Source of the DNA: an uncultured Candidatus Saccharibacteria bacterium
Lineage (GTDB): Bacteria > Patescibacteriota > Doudnabacteria > UBA920
Direction of reading: 5' to 3'
DNA: 64,000 nucleotides
Assembly: GCA_964402965.1 (NCBI GenBank)
Contig: CAYODY010000001.1
Coordinates: 5,724-69,723, forward strand
Positions 55,509 through 63,824 of this stretch are shown piece by piece. Within the stretch, counting starts at the first letter, position 1, and each line of letters begins with the position of its first letter. The notes under the pieces were generated by a model. That model was not told the DNA's origin. It searched no databases and worked only from the letters and a program-made list of their open reading frames with translations. Both the position numbers and the translations under genes were made by a program.

Positions 55509-56615
55509 ATGTTCGACAAAATAAAAAACCTAAGGCGTGTAGGGAAAGCTTTAGCGCTTAGTTTTGTTATTTTCCAAATAGCATTTAGTCAAATTGGCTT
55601 TGCTAGTGCACAAACTGCTTCACAAATCCCTGGCGGTTTAAAACCAGATACTTCAGGAGCAATAAACGTTCCTCAATACGATAAAGGCGTTGATGCTAGT
55701 ATTGCGCAATATTTATGCGTTCCAGAAAGTGTAGATGAAGGCGCTGCGCTGTTTCAATGTATTAGCAAAGTATATAGATTTGGAATTGCGTTTGGAGCAA
55801 TTGCCTTGGTGTTCTTTATTGTTTTGGCAGGATATTTGTATATGGCAGGAGGGGAGGCGAGTAAAGAAAAAGGTAAGACTATTTTTACAACAGCACTGAC
55901 AGGTATGATAATTATGCTTTCCAGTTTTGTGTTGTTAAATTTTCTTAACCCTAGTTTAACTTTAATTCGACCAATTCAAGCCCCTATTTTTAGTGCAGTA
56001 GATTTACCAAGTTGCGAGTCTATTGGTTTTAGTGGAACTTGCGTACTTCCTAGTGGGCAAGTAAGCGTCGGTGCTGGTGGTGGCGTTCCTGGGTCTGCGA
56101 GTGAGGCGGCTGTCGCTCCTTTAATAGCAAAGTATGCAAAAGCGAATGGGCTAACCTATTGTCAGTTGTCGTCCTTGGTAAACAAAGAATCGTCTTTCAT
56201 TACTAATAATGTATCGAATGGACCTCCTAACAGGGTAGACATCAAAAGCACTGCTAAATATTATGGTTTACCATTTACTAATGGATCACCTCCTGGGCAT
56301 GGAATTGGGTTGGCTCAAGTATATATTTATGGACCTCCGCCAAGTAAATTTTGGACAAATCCAAATACTCCATCACGCGATGGAAAGGAATTTGGGTTTA
56401 ATAAACCACTCACTATTCCAGATTTGGTAGATCCAGATACAGCATTAAGTGCAGGTGCTTACTTCTTTGCATCAAAGGTGGGAAAGAATAAAGGGGATAT
56501 TGGAGCAGCATATGCAGCGTATTATGGTGATCCCAATCAAACAAAAGAATCTACTAAAAAAGTTGTAGCAAAAATGTTAAGTATGTACGCAGAATGCGAA
56601 AAGAAACAAAAATAA
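55509..56615 (+). CDS. membrane-hairpin protein with C-terminal lytic-transglycosylase-like (SLT) domain
   Basis: The N-terminal ~160 aa form the module signal peptide, C-x15-C, two TM helices, PIQAP and C-x7-C. This module is paralogous to 57164..58807. The C-terminus has KESSF (catalytic Glu-Ser), GIGLAQV (GLMQ-like) and AAYAAYYGD (AYNAG-like). Confidence 0.5.
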   Translation: MFDKIKNLRRVGKALALSFVIFQIAFSQIGFASAQTASQIPGGLKPDTSGAINVPQYDKGVDASIAQYLCVPESVDEGAALFQCISKVYRFGIAFGAIALVFFIVLAGYLYMAGGEASKEKGKTIFTTALTGMIIMLSSFVLLNFLNPSLTLIRPIQAPIFSAVDLPSCESIGFSGTCVLPSGQVSVGAGGGVPGSASEAAVAPLIAKYAKANGLTYCQLSSLVNKESSFITNNVSNGPPNRVDIKSTAKYYGLPFTNGSPPGHGIGLAQVYIYGPPPSKFWTNPNTPSRDGKEFGFNKPLTIPDLVDPDTALSAGAYFFASKVGKNKGDIGAAYAAYYGDPNQTKESTKKVVAKMLSMYAECEKKQK

Positions 56616-56616
56616 T

Positions 56617-57162
56617 ATGTTTGAATTCATAGAAAAACACAAAAGATTGATAATTATTATTGTGATTACAATACCAATCATAATGCTACTAGTTTTGTTA
56701 TCTTTAAGCATGAAAAATGAAACTAATAATGTTACTCAAAATTCTGATAATAGCATTGACTTGGTAGCTAAAGAACTAAATTATCCATTTTTATTAGATA
56801 GCACACCAGAAAAAGATCAATATTTAATGTTATTAGCTAAAAGAATGACTGAGGATTATGGAACTTACGAAAGTTCTGATTTAAGATCACTAGAGTCTGT
56901 AAAAAATCAATCAACAGAATCATTTAAATCTACTGTACAAAACCTCATTGATAAAGTTAGTTCTGAAGTAAATATTTCAACAGAAGTTGATCCTAACTCG
57001 ATAGAGTTAACTCGCTTGTCCGAAAATACTGCAAAAGTGCAAATGGATGCTATCACAACGAACATAAATAATTCTAAAAATATTGAGATTTCTAGCGAAG
57101 TCAAATTATATTATGATGGCACGTATTGGCTAGTTGATAACATTACTTTTATAAATAAGTAA
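56617..57162 (+). CDS. hypothetical small bitopic membrane protein
   Basis: 181 aa with an N-terminal TM (LIIIIVITIPIIMLLVLLSL). It is tightly packed between the two paralogous hydrolase genes. Confidence 0.4.
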   Translation: MFEFIEKHKRLIIIIVITIPIIMLLVLLSLSMKNETNNVTQNSDNSIDLVAKELNYPFLLDSTPEKDQYLMLLAKRMTEDYGTYESSDLRSLESVKNQSTESFKSTVQNLIDKVSSEVNISTEVDPNSIELTRLSENTAKVQMDAITTNINNSKNIEISSEVKLYYDGTYWLVDNITFINK

Positions 57163-57163
57163 A

Positions 57164-58807
57164 ATGCAAAATTTGAAACACATTATATTTGGTACATTTT
57201 TAGGTTTGACGTTATTCATTCCTACGTTGGTTCTTGCGCAAGCCACAACTACCGCTCCAACCTCGGGAGTTTCTGGTGCAACAGAATACAAAGGGGTAGA
57301 TGCCAGCATTGCTAGTTACTTGTGTGCCCCTAGTGATTCTGTTACAGACAATAGCCAAGATCTGCCAAATTGTATAAATAAAGTATATAGATTTAGCATT
57401 GCTTTTGGTGCAATTGCTTTAGTGTTCTTTGTTGTTTATGCAGGATATTTGTATATGATAGGAGGGGAGACAGGTAAGGCAAGTGCGAAGACAATGATTC
57501 AAAATGCAATCATCGGTATTTCACTTTTATTGGGTAGCTATGTGATTCTAACTTTCATTAATCCTAATTTGGTTATTTATAAACCAATACAAGCTCCGTT
57601 GTTTACTGCGAATGATTTTCCTAGTTGCGAAGAGATTGGATATACAGATAGCTGTACTATTGACCAAGAGTCAGGCAATACTAATACAGATGGTATGACA
57701 AGAGGTACTGCGGCACCTTGTAAAGGAGGTTTAATCTCAATACCATCAGAGATACCTCATAGCGGAAAAGTTACTCAAATATGTAAAGATCTATCGGATA
57801 AACTACTTCAACTTGTAAAAATATTACCTCCAAAGGGTGATAATGCATGGATAATTTCTCAAACTTTTTCAGCTTCTACTCCAAGTAAAAGTCGTTGTCA
57901 TCACGTGTTGGGATGGGTTAGTCCTACTGGTATAAAAACTACTGAAACAGGTAATTGTGCTGATTTCAATATGGTGGGGCAAACACCAGGTAAATCCCCA
58001 TCAGATAAAAGTTATGCTAATTTATGTAAAGCGATTAAACAAATTGGCGGACTTAACTATTTGAATGAAGCTAGTACAGAAGCAGAGTGTGGACCATTTG
58101 ATTCTGAAGTAAAACGTACTGGCTCTAATTTGCATGTGAATTACATAGGGTCAAGTGGTGGCGGTGGAAGCAGTTCATCAGCTGGTGGAACAAGACCTAA
58201 CTGTATTCCTGTAGCAAAAACTCCTGGAGTTTGTGACGATAATTTATCGTCTGGTTCAAAAGCTCCTGATGATGATTTTCAAAATGCAGATCCTGGTGTT
58301 AAAGTTGCTTTCGATACTTTAAAAAAGCAATATAAGAATTTAAATGCAAAACAGGTTTATAGGTCTCCCGAGTATGGAGCTCATATGCGCTCCTCGTTTG
58401 AAGCATATGCATTTAATCAAGGATGGACCGAATCTCAAATTCGTTCATATGGTCAGTATTGCGCAAGTCAAAACATACTATACGTCACTGCCGCAGATGC
58501 TAAAAATTCAAATACAATTACTTATGGCAAAAAACATTTTAACGATCATTTTGCGAGCAAAAATTTAGACCCATTAGAAGCCCCGATGACTTGTTATTCT
58601 GATCATGGCAGAGGTTTGGCAGTTGATATAGAACAAACAAGTACTACTCAAACAAAAGCTTTTGAGCAGGCTGCGAGAGCTGCTGGTCTTTGTCATAATG
58701 TTCCTCAGTTCACAGCACATGGCCATACAACAAGAAAGGATTATCCCCATTATGTTTTATTCAGTAAATTCCCTCAAAAAGAAAAAATTTGCATAAACTA
58801 TTATTAG
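57164..58807 (+). CDS. membrane-hairpin protein with C-terminal M15 (VanY-like) peptidase domain
   Basis: The N-terminal module is paralogous to 55509..56615 (KVYRFSIAFGAIALVFFVVYAGYLYMIGGE ... PIQAPLF ... FPSCEEIGY). The C-terminus has YRSPEYGAHM, SDHGRGLAVDI (SxHxxGxAxD) and HGH, consistent with an M15 zinc peptidase. Confidence 0.5.
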   Translation: MQNLKHIIFGTFLGLTLFIPTLVLAQATTTAPTSGVSGATEYKGVDASIASYLCAPSDSVTDNSQDLPNCINKVYRFSIAFGAIALVFFVVYAGYLYMIGGETGKASAKTMIQNAIIGISLLLGSYVILTFINPNLVIYKPIQAPLFTANDFPSCEEIGYTDSCTIDQESGNTNTDGMTRGTAAPCKGGLISIPSEIPHSGKVTQICKDLSDKLLQLVKILPPKGDNAWIISQTFSASTPSKSRCHHVLGWVSPTGIKTTETGNCADFNMVGQTPGKSPSDKSYANLCKAIKQIGGLNYLNEASTEAECGPFDSEVKRTGSNLHVNYIGSSGGGGSSSSAGGTRPNCIPVAKTPGVCDDNLSSGSKAPDDDFQNADPGVKVAFDTLKKQYKNLNAKQVYRSPEYGAHMRSSFEAYAFNQGWTESQIRSYGQYCASQNILYVTAADAKNSNTITYGKKHFNDHFASKNLDPLEAPMTCYSDHGRGLAVDIEQTSTTQTKAFEQAARAAGLCHNVPQFTAHGHTTRKDYPHYVLFSKFPQKEKICINYY

Positions 58808-58816
58808 CACTTAAAG

Positions 58817-59068
58817 CTATATAACCAACCTAACTTTCTTCTCGCGAGAAAGTTTTTTTATTTCCATTTCGCGTTTGGTTGCTGAGCTTCTGCTAGTGCA
58901 TGATTCTGTGTAAACTATTTTCTTGGCACCTCGAGCTTTGGTATATTTAGCACCCATACCGTCTTTGTGTTCTTGGAAACGTTTTCGCACATCTAAAGTA
59001 ATTCCGGTATACAGAGAACCGTCAGAGCAGAGGAGTATGTATACAAACCATGTTTTTGTTTTAGTCAT
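58817..59068 (-). CDS. GIY-YIG domain protein (UPF0213/YhbQ-like)
   Basis: WFVYILLCSDGSLYTGITLDVRKRFQEH ... REMEIKKL; 83 aa. Confidence 0.75.
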   Translation of the reverse strand: MTKTKTWFVYILLCSDGSLYTGITLDVRKRFQEHKDGMGAKYTKARGAKKIVYTESCTSRSSATKREMEIKKLSREKKVRLVI

Positions 59069-59709
59069 AAATAATCTTGTAGGTTCAACTCAAGAATATG
59101 TCTTGAGGAAATAACTGAGAAAATAACATAAAGTTATTCTAAATTAATTGTATCATTTCAATAAAATATTTTTCCTGCATAAAAACAGGCGAGTACTCCA
59201 CTTCTTCCTTTTAGACGACCGTCGCTTGAAAAAAGTGAAATGACCTGATTCAGGGGATTCAATAAATAGGTGATAATTAAATATAAAATACTCTTAGCGT
59301 GACTTGAAACAGAGGATACACATTTATATGAAAAAGTTTTATAAGATTAAATACAGACATTAATTAAACTATAAACTAATATTAATTAAATCAATCCAAA
59401 TTGCTGTTTTTACCTGATTTAAAGAATATTAGATACTATCTATGTCGCAGAAGATACATTGTGCGACACGCAAAGTATTTCTTTTTGAATATTCCCCTTG
59501 TAGTTTAAGGTAAAGATTTAAGCAGACAATAAAAGCCCGGTTATATCCCCGCGCTCTATGCCTACTAATATTCTCTATGATCCTTATTTATATTTTTATT
59601 TAAATAAATAATTATTTAATTCTTCGCTCTCCTCTAAGACCTTGTCTATGCCTTAGAGACGGTCGTTGTAGGTTAAAAGTAGTTATTGTATATCTGCAAT
59701 TTAAGCCTA

Positions 59710-61017
59710 CTAATTCAAACTCTTTACCTTACGTAGCATTGGAACTAGATCAGCCAATGCCTCTATTACGAAGTCTAGATCCTTTTTGGTAGTATTAACA
59801 CCCATGGTAAACCGAATAGCGCTGTAGGCTTGGCCTTGTGTTGAGCCTAATGCAATTAAGACATGTGAAGGATCAGTACTAGTAGTCGCACATGCACTAC
59901 CAGTAGCAACAGCTATATTTAAGTTGTCTAAATATAGCATTAACGTTTCGCCTTCAACTCCATTAAAACTAATATTAATGTTGTTTGGCAACCTGACTAA
60001 ATTTTCGGATACAGATTTATTTTTGCTAGCTGGTTGTTTAGTTTTGGAAATAATTTCTGGACCATTTACTATAAATTCATCTACTCTTTTCGAAAGACGG
60101 TCGACAAAATATTGTTGAAGGCCCTGTAAGCGAATACTTTCTTTAGTGGAACTTTTTTGAGCAAGGGTAAGTGCTGTTGCGAGTCCTACAATCCCAGGTA
60201 CATTTTCTGTTCCACTGCGTAGATTATTTTCTTGACCACCGCCATGAATGATTGGTTCCAATTTTGTCCCTGTGCGAATATATAAAATTCCAGTTTGCTT
60301 TGGTCCGTAAATTTTACTTCCGTTCAAAGTCAGTAAATCAATTTTTAACTTATGAGTGTCTAGACTTAATGCACCTGCCGCTTGGCAAGCATCTGTGTGA
60401 AATAGAATCTTTGGTAAAGTCTTATTGTTTTTAGTTAGGCTAGTTCCCTTGCCTAACATTCGAGCCTTGTTTAAACCACTAAGCCATTTCCCTATCTCTG
60501 CGATTGGTTGAATAGTTCCGACTTCATTGTTTGCGTACATAATAGAAATCAATACTGTATCTTTGCGCACCAAACTCTTTAGATGATCTAAATTTACAAA
60601 ACCTTCTTTATCTATTTCTACGTAGCTAATTTTCCATCCCCATTTTTTTAATGCGTCCATAACATGCAACACAGAATGATGTTCAATTGGGGTGGTAATT
60701 ATATGACCCGCTTGTCCATGGGTTTTTTGAAAAGCTTGGGCAGTGCCAAGAATTGCCATGTTATTACTCTCAGTGCCCCCAGCAGTGAAAACAATTTCGC
60801 TACTAGATGCATTCAAAACTTTTGCAATTTCTGCACGCGCTGAGGTTATGGTTTGTTTTGCCCGAACCCCGCTTTTGTACAAAGCAGACGGGTTGGCAAA
60901 TTCTTTAGACCAATATGGCTGCATAGACTTTAATACGCGTTCATCTACTGGTGTTGTTGCTGCGTAGTCTAGGTATATGTATTTAGAAGATTTTCTCGAA
61001 GATTTTTTCATAGTCAA
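59710..61017 (-). CDS. cysteine desulfurase (IscS/NifS-like, class V aminotransferase)
   Basis: The PLP lysine context is TLNGSKIYGPKQTG and the C-terminal active-site Cys loop is ATGSACATTSTDPSHVL; 435 aa. Confidence 0.85.
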   Translation of the reverse strand: MTMKKSSRKSSKYIYLDYAATTPVDERVLKSMQPYWSKEFANPSALYKSGVRAKQTITSARAEIAKVLNASSSEIVFTAGGTESNNMAILGTAQAFQKTHGQAGHIITTPIEHHSVLHVMDALKKWGWKISYVEIDKEGFVNLDHLKSLVRKDTVLISIMYANNEVGTIQPIAEIGKWLSGLNKARMLGKGTSLTKNNKTLPKILFHTDACQAAGALSLDTHKLKIDLLTLNGSKIYGPKQTGILYIRTGTKLEPIIHGGGQENNLRSGTENVPGIVGLATALTLAQKSSTKESIRLQGLQQYFVDRLSKRVDEFIVNGPEIISKTKQPASKNKSVSENLVRLPNNINISFNGVEGETLMLYLDNLNIAVATGSACATTSTDPSHVLIALGSTQGQAYSAIRFTMGVNTTKKDLDFVIEALADLVPMLRKVKSLN

Positions 61018-61048
61018 AGTATAACAAAAAGGACAAGTTAGTAATACA

Positions 61049-61153
61049 TTACTTTCTTGTCTCTTTTCGGTGTTCTATTGCTAGTGATATGGCTATCATT
61101 CCTGGAACGATAAACATCACCGTAATAATTGCAATTATAAAGAACTCATTCAT
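61049..61153 (-). CDS. candidate small hydrophobic peptide (34 aa) upstream of the desulfurase
   Basis: Not in the ORF track. Translation is MNEFFIIAIITVMFIVPGMIAISLAIEHRKETRK. A GGAGGT RBS lies about 7 nt upstream of the ATG. The stop is 31 nt before the desulfurase start. Confidence 0.25.
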   Translation of the reverse strand: MNEFFIIAIITVMFIVPGMIAISLAIEHRKETRK

Positions 61154-61230
61154 TTTCTTACCTCCGATTTTGATCTATTTTAACTAACTTTATAATAACA
61201 TATTTTCTCGGTTTTGTCAATGAGCACGTA

Positions 61231-61273
61231 CGTGGGATACAAACGTGTTCGTGGGATACAAACACGTTCGTGG
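61231..61273. repeat. 19-bp tandem direct repeat (2.3 copies) in the desulfurase upstream region
   Basis: CGTGGGATACAAACGTGTT, then CGTGGGATACAAACACGTT, then CGTGG. Each unit contains the inverted half-sites ACGTGT/ACACGT. The palindrome ACGTACGT sits just upstream (61226-61233). Confidence 0.7.
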
Positions 61274-61314
61274 AAACGTCTGTGTATGTTTGGAATGAGT
61301 ATCTTAGTACGGTG

Positions 61315-61743
61315 TTATCTACTAGACTTAGTAAACCCCGCAGATAGAGCTTCATCTTCTGTATTAAAACACTGCACTGCAGTAGTTCTGTTATAGAATG
61401 AACCGCCTTGTATATGGTAGATTTTACTTTTACTTCCTTTCACTGGGCAATTTTCTTGATCAATTGATTTGGTGTTAGTTGTTTGAGTGTTTGTGGTCTC
61501 AGTTGTATTTGCGGTATCATTCGTGGCGTTTGCCCCTGTTTTCGTGGTATAATTATTTAAAGTTCGTGGTGATATTGATGAACTAGTGCTATTGTTTACA
61601 CCATTGTTGAGGTGAGGTCCGCTCAATCGACCTGCGCCAAATCCACAAACGAAAACAAATGCCAAGCACAACCCAGCAACAACCACTGGCTTCCCTTTAA
61701 TAGTTATCTTTTCAAAATCTAAATTTTTTATAAAATCAATCAT
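61315..61743 (-). CDS. hypothetical membrane-anchored protein with Asn/Thr-rich linker and conserved Cys-containing C-terminal motif
   Basis: An N-terminal TM is followed by low-complexity NNSTSSS...TNTQTTNTK. The C-terminus CPVKGSKSKIYHIQGGSFYNRTTAVQCFNTEDEALSAGF resembles a widespread extracellular C-x-IKGN...IYH-x-PG...Y...T...CF-x-TE-x-EA-x-x-AGF-R motif (from memory). Confidence 0.45.
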   Translation of the reverse strand: MIDFIKNLDFEKITIKGKPVVVAGLCLAFVFVCGFGAGRLSGPHLNNGVNNSTSSSISPRTLNNYTTKTGANATNDTANTTETTNTQTTNTKSIDQENCPVKGSKSKIYHIQGGSFYNRTTAVQCFNTEDEALSAGFTKSSR

Positions 61744-61774
61744 AAATTAGGAGGGGTTAATAAATAATAAATAT

Positions 61775-63058
61775 ATGCAATACGCGTTTATTTTAGGAAG
61801 AGTTTATACTCTTTCGCTCGCAGAACTTTTTTCATACTTCAAGACTCATGGAATTGAGATTAGTATTATTGATGCGTCTCCAGAGGTGTTGGTGGTAGAA
61901 GTACCAGGTCAATTAGACTGCCAAAAGATTCAAAAGGAACTTGGTGGTGTAGTTAAAATATTGCGTATCGTGGATACTTTAAAGAAGCGTCCCGATGATT
62001 CCATCAATTTTGCCCTTCAGCACTATTTTAAGCCAAGTAAATTAAAAACAGACTTTCTAAAAAACTATAAAGGCAAAATCCAGTTTGGCGTTTCTGTGTA
62101 TTTATTGGACATGCAATTGAAAGCATTCGGTGAACCAAAACGTTTGGGAATGTTCATTAAACGCGCAATGCAAGATAGCGGTGCGAGTATTCGCCTTGTA
62201 ATCCCTGAATTCAATTCTCTTGCACTTGCTTCTGTAGTAGTCACAAAAAACCTATTGTTAGAGAAAGGTGCAGAAATCTGTATCTTGGCTAGTACTAACC
62301 ACGTGTACGTTGCAAAAACTTTGGCTGTACAAGATTTCGAGGACTATGGCCGTCGTGACTATCAGCGTCCAATTCGCGATGATAAGCAAGGCATGATTCC
62401 TCCAAAAGTTGCCCAACTCATGCTTAACTTTGCTGAAACAAAACTTGGTGAAACTATGTTAGATCCATTTTGTGGAATTGGTACAATCGTCCAAGAAGGC
62501 GTATTGCTTGGCTACAGAATGCTTGGAAGTGATATCAATCCAAACGCAATTACAGGTAGCGAAACAAACCTTGAGTGGTTCCGCAATCGCTATAAGATTG
62601 CAAAAGGAAAATTCCATGTTGAAACAGCGGATGCCCAAAAGGTTTCATCTCTTGTTGAAAACTTGGCAAAAATTGGCGCATTTCCAAAAATCTCTGGAAT
62701 AGTTACTGAAGGGTATCTTGGGCCAATGTATACTAAATTCCCCTCCCCTGTGGATATTGAAAAGAATTTTAAGGACCTAACTGAATTGTACACAAATGCC
62801 TTTCAAGATTGGATAAAGTTTTTATCAAAAGGAGATAAAGTCGTAATTTGTATACCAGCATATAAGTCTTCACGAGGTTATACTCCCCTGCCTAGCCTTG
62901 ACTTTATTACAAAACTTGGCTATAATATTGTAGATCTGATTCCCTCTATTTTGGCAGATTCTATGCCCTTTTTACAGCTCACAAGCCGTAAAACCGCTGT
63001 GTACGATCGTAAAGACCAGATAGTCGCCAGGGAAATCGTGATTTTCGAGAAAGCATAG
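61775..63058 (+). CDS. putative SAM-dependent RNA methyltransferase (Trm11/RlmL-like)
   Basis: LDPFCGIGTIVQEG ... GSDINP matches the DPFCGxGT motif I of N2-guanine/N6-adenine RNA MTases preceded by a THUMP-like N-terminal region. No clear (D/N)PPY motif was found. Confidence 0.5.
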   Translation: MQYAFILGRVYTLSLAELFSYFKTHGIEISIIDASPEVLVVEVPGQLDCQKIQKELGGVVKILRIVDTLKKRPDDSINFALQHYFKPSKLKTDFLKNYKGKIQFGVSVYLLDMQLKAFGEPKRLGMFIKRAMQDSGASIRLVIPEFNSLALASVVVTKNLLLEKGAEICILASTNHVYVAKTLAVQDFEDYGRRDYQRPIRDDKQGMIPPKVAQLMLNFAETKLGETMLDPFCGIGTIVQEGVLLGYRMLGSDINPNAITGSETNLEWFRNRYKIAKGKFHVETADAQKVSSLVENLAKIGAFPKISGIVTEGYLGPMYTKFPSPVDIEKNFKDLTELYTNAFQDWIKFLSKGDKVVICIPAYKSSRGYTPLPSLDFITKLGYNIVDLIPSILADSMPFLQLTSRKTAVYDRKDQIVAREIVIFEKA

Positions 63059-63090
63059 CTTTCAAAAAATCTTAATTATAATTATATTTT

Positions 63091-63480
63091 ATGGCTCATA
63101 AAAAAGCCGGTGGCTCGACCGCCCTGGGTCGTGACTCCGTATCAAAACGTTTAGGTGTTAAAATCTTTGGTGACCAATGGGTTAAAAAAGGTGAAATCAT
63201 TGTTCGTCAACATGGAAATAAATTCCACGCTGGTGACAATGTTAAAACAGCTGGTGATTCTACTCTTTACTCTATGGTAGATGGACTAGTAAAATTCCAA
63301 AATAAGATGTTGGTAAAATTCCATGGTAATTTGCGCAAGACTCGTTTAGTAAGCGTAGTTCCTGCAGATTACAAACTTGGAAAACCTTCCGCAATTAAAG
63401 CTATGGCTGAAAATGCTGTTGCTAAGAACACTCAAGCAAAGGAAGAAAAAGCTAAAGTTGCTGAAACTATAGAAGTTTAA
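63091..63480 (+). CDS. rpmA: 50S ribosomal protein L27 with ~45-aa C-terminal extension
   Basis: [51 protein letters not shown] is canonical L27. The ORF continues to 129 aa. Confidence 0.85.
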   Translation: MAHKKAGGSTALGRDSVSKRLGVKIFGDQWVKKGEIIVRQHGNKFHAGDNVKTAGDSTLYSMVDGLVKFQNKMLVKFHGNLRKTRLVSVVPADYKLGKPSAIKAMAENAVAKNTQAKEEKAKVAETIEV

Positions 63481-63534
63481 TACTTAGCTTAATTTAATTA
63501 AAAAGATAAATTCTAAATTAAATTCCAAAGATAA

Positions 63535-63565
63535 ATGCCGCTCCATAGTTGGGGCGGCATTTTTG
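63535..63565 (+). terminator. rho-independent terminator after rpmA
   Basis: ATGCCGC-loop-GCGGCAT hairpin followed by T5. Confidence 0.65.
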
Positions 63566-63617
63566 TTGTTGCGTCATGGTCAGCATTTTTGTGGTCAGTG
63601 TTACATACGACCAACTG

Positions 63618-63824
63618 CTAATCGGCGGATGTTCGTCTAACTTCGATCCGGCCAAGATGACCCAGTTCTTCATCGGTCCCGTCTCCGAAATTGTATTTCG
63701 GGAGTTGGGCTGCTGAAGCTTTTTGCTTTTGTTTTTCTTCAGCAGTTAGTGTATGTCCACAGTCGGGACAAAACGATCCTGAGACTCTCGTCCCGCATAT
63801 GGGACATTCAATTTTTCCTGCCAT
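63618..63824 (-). CDS. zinc-ribbon protein
   Basis: CPICGTRVSGSFCPDCGH has two CxxC pairs. 68 aa. Local GC (about 48%) is higher than the surroundings. Confidence 0.5.
   Translation of the reverse strand: MAGKIECPICGTRVSGSFCPDCGHTLTAEEKQKQKASAAQLPKYNFGDGTDEELGHLGRIEVRRTSAD

Noticed and set aside
59210-59672. 9-10-bp inverted repeat (GACGACCGTC / GACGGTCGT) spaced about 440 bp apart that could be read as element termini.
   Set aside because: Inverted repeats of this length are expected by chance many times in 64 kb. No transposase or integrase lies between or near them.
61158-61396. Two small track ORFs (61158-61355 minus, 61214-61396 plus) over the 19-bp repeat region.
   Set aside because: They are created by the repeat and palindrome sequence itself. 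Both overlap the 3' end of 61315-61743 and have no translation signals. The region is better explained as regulatory.
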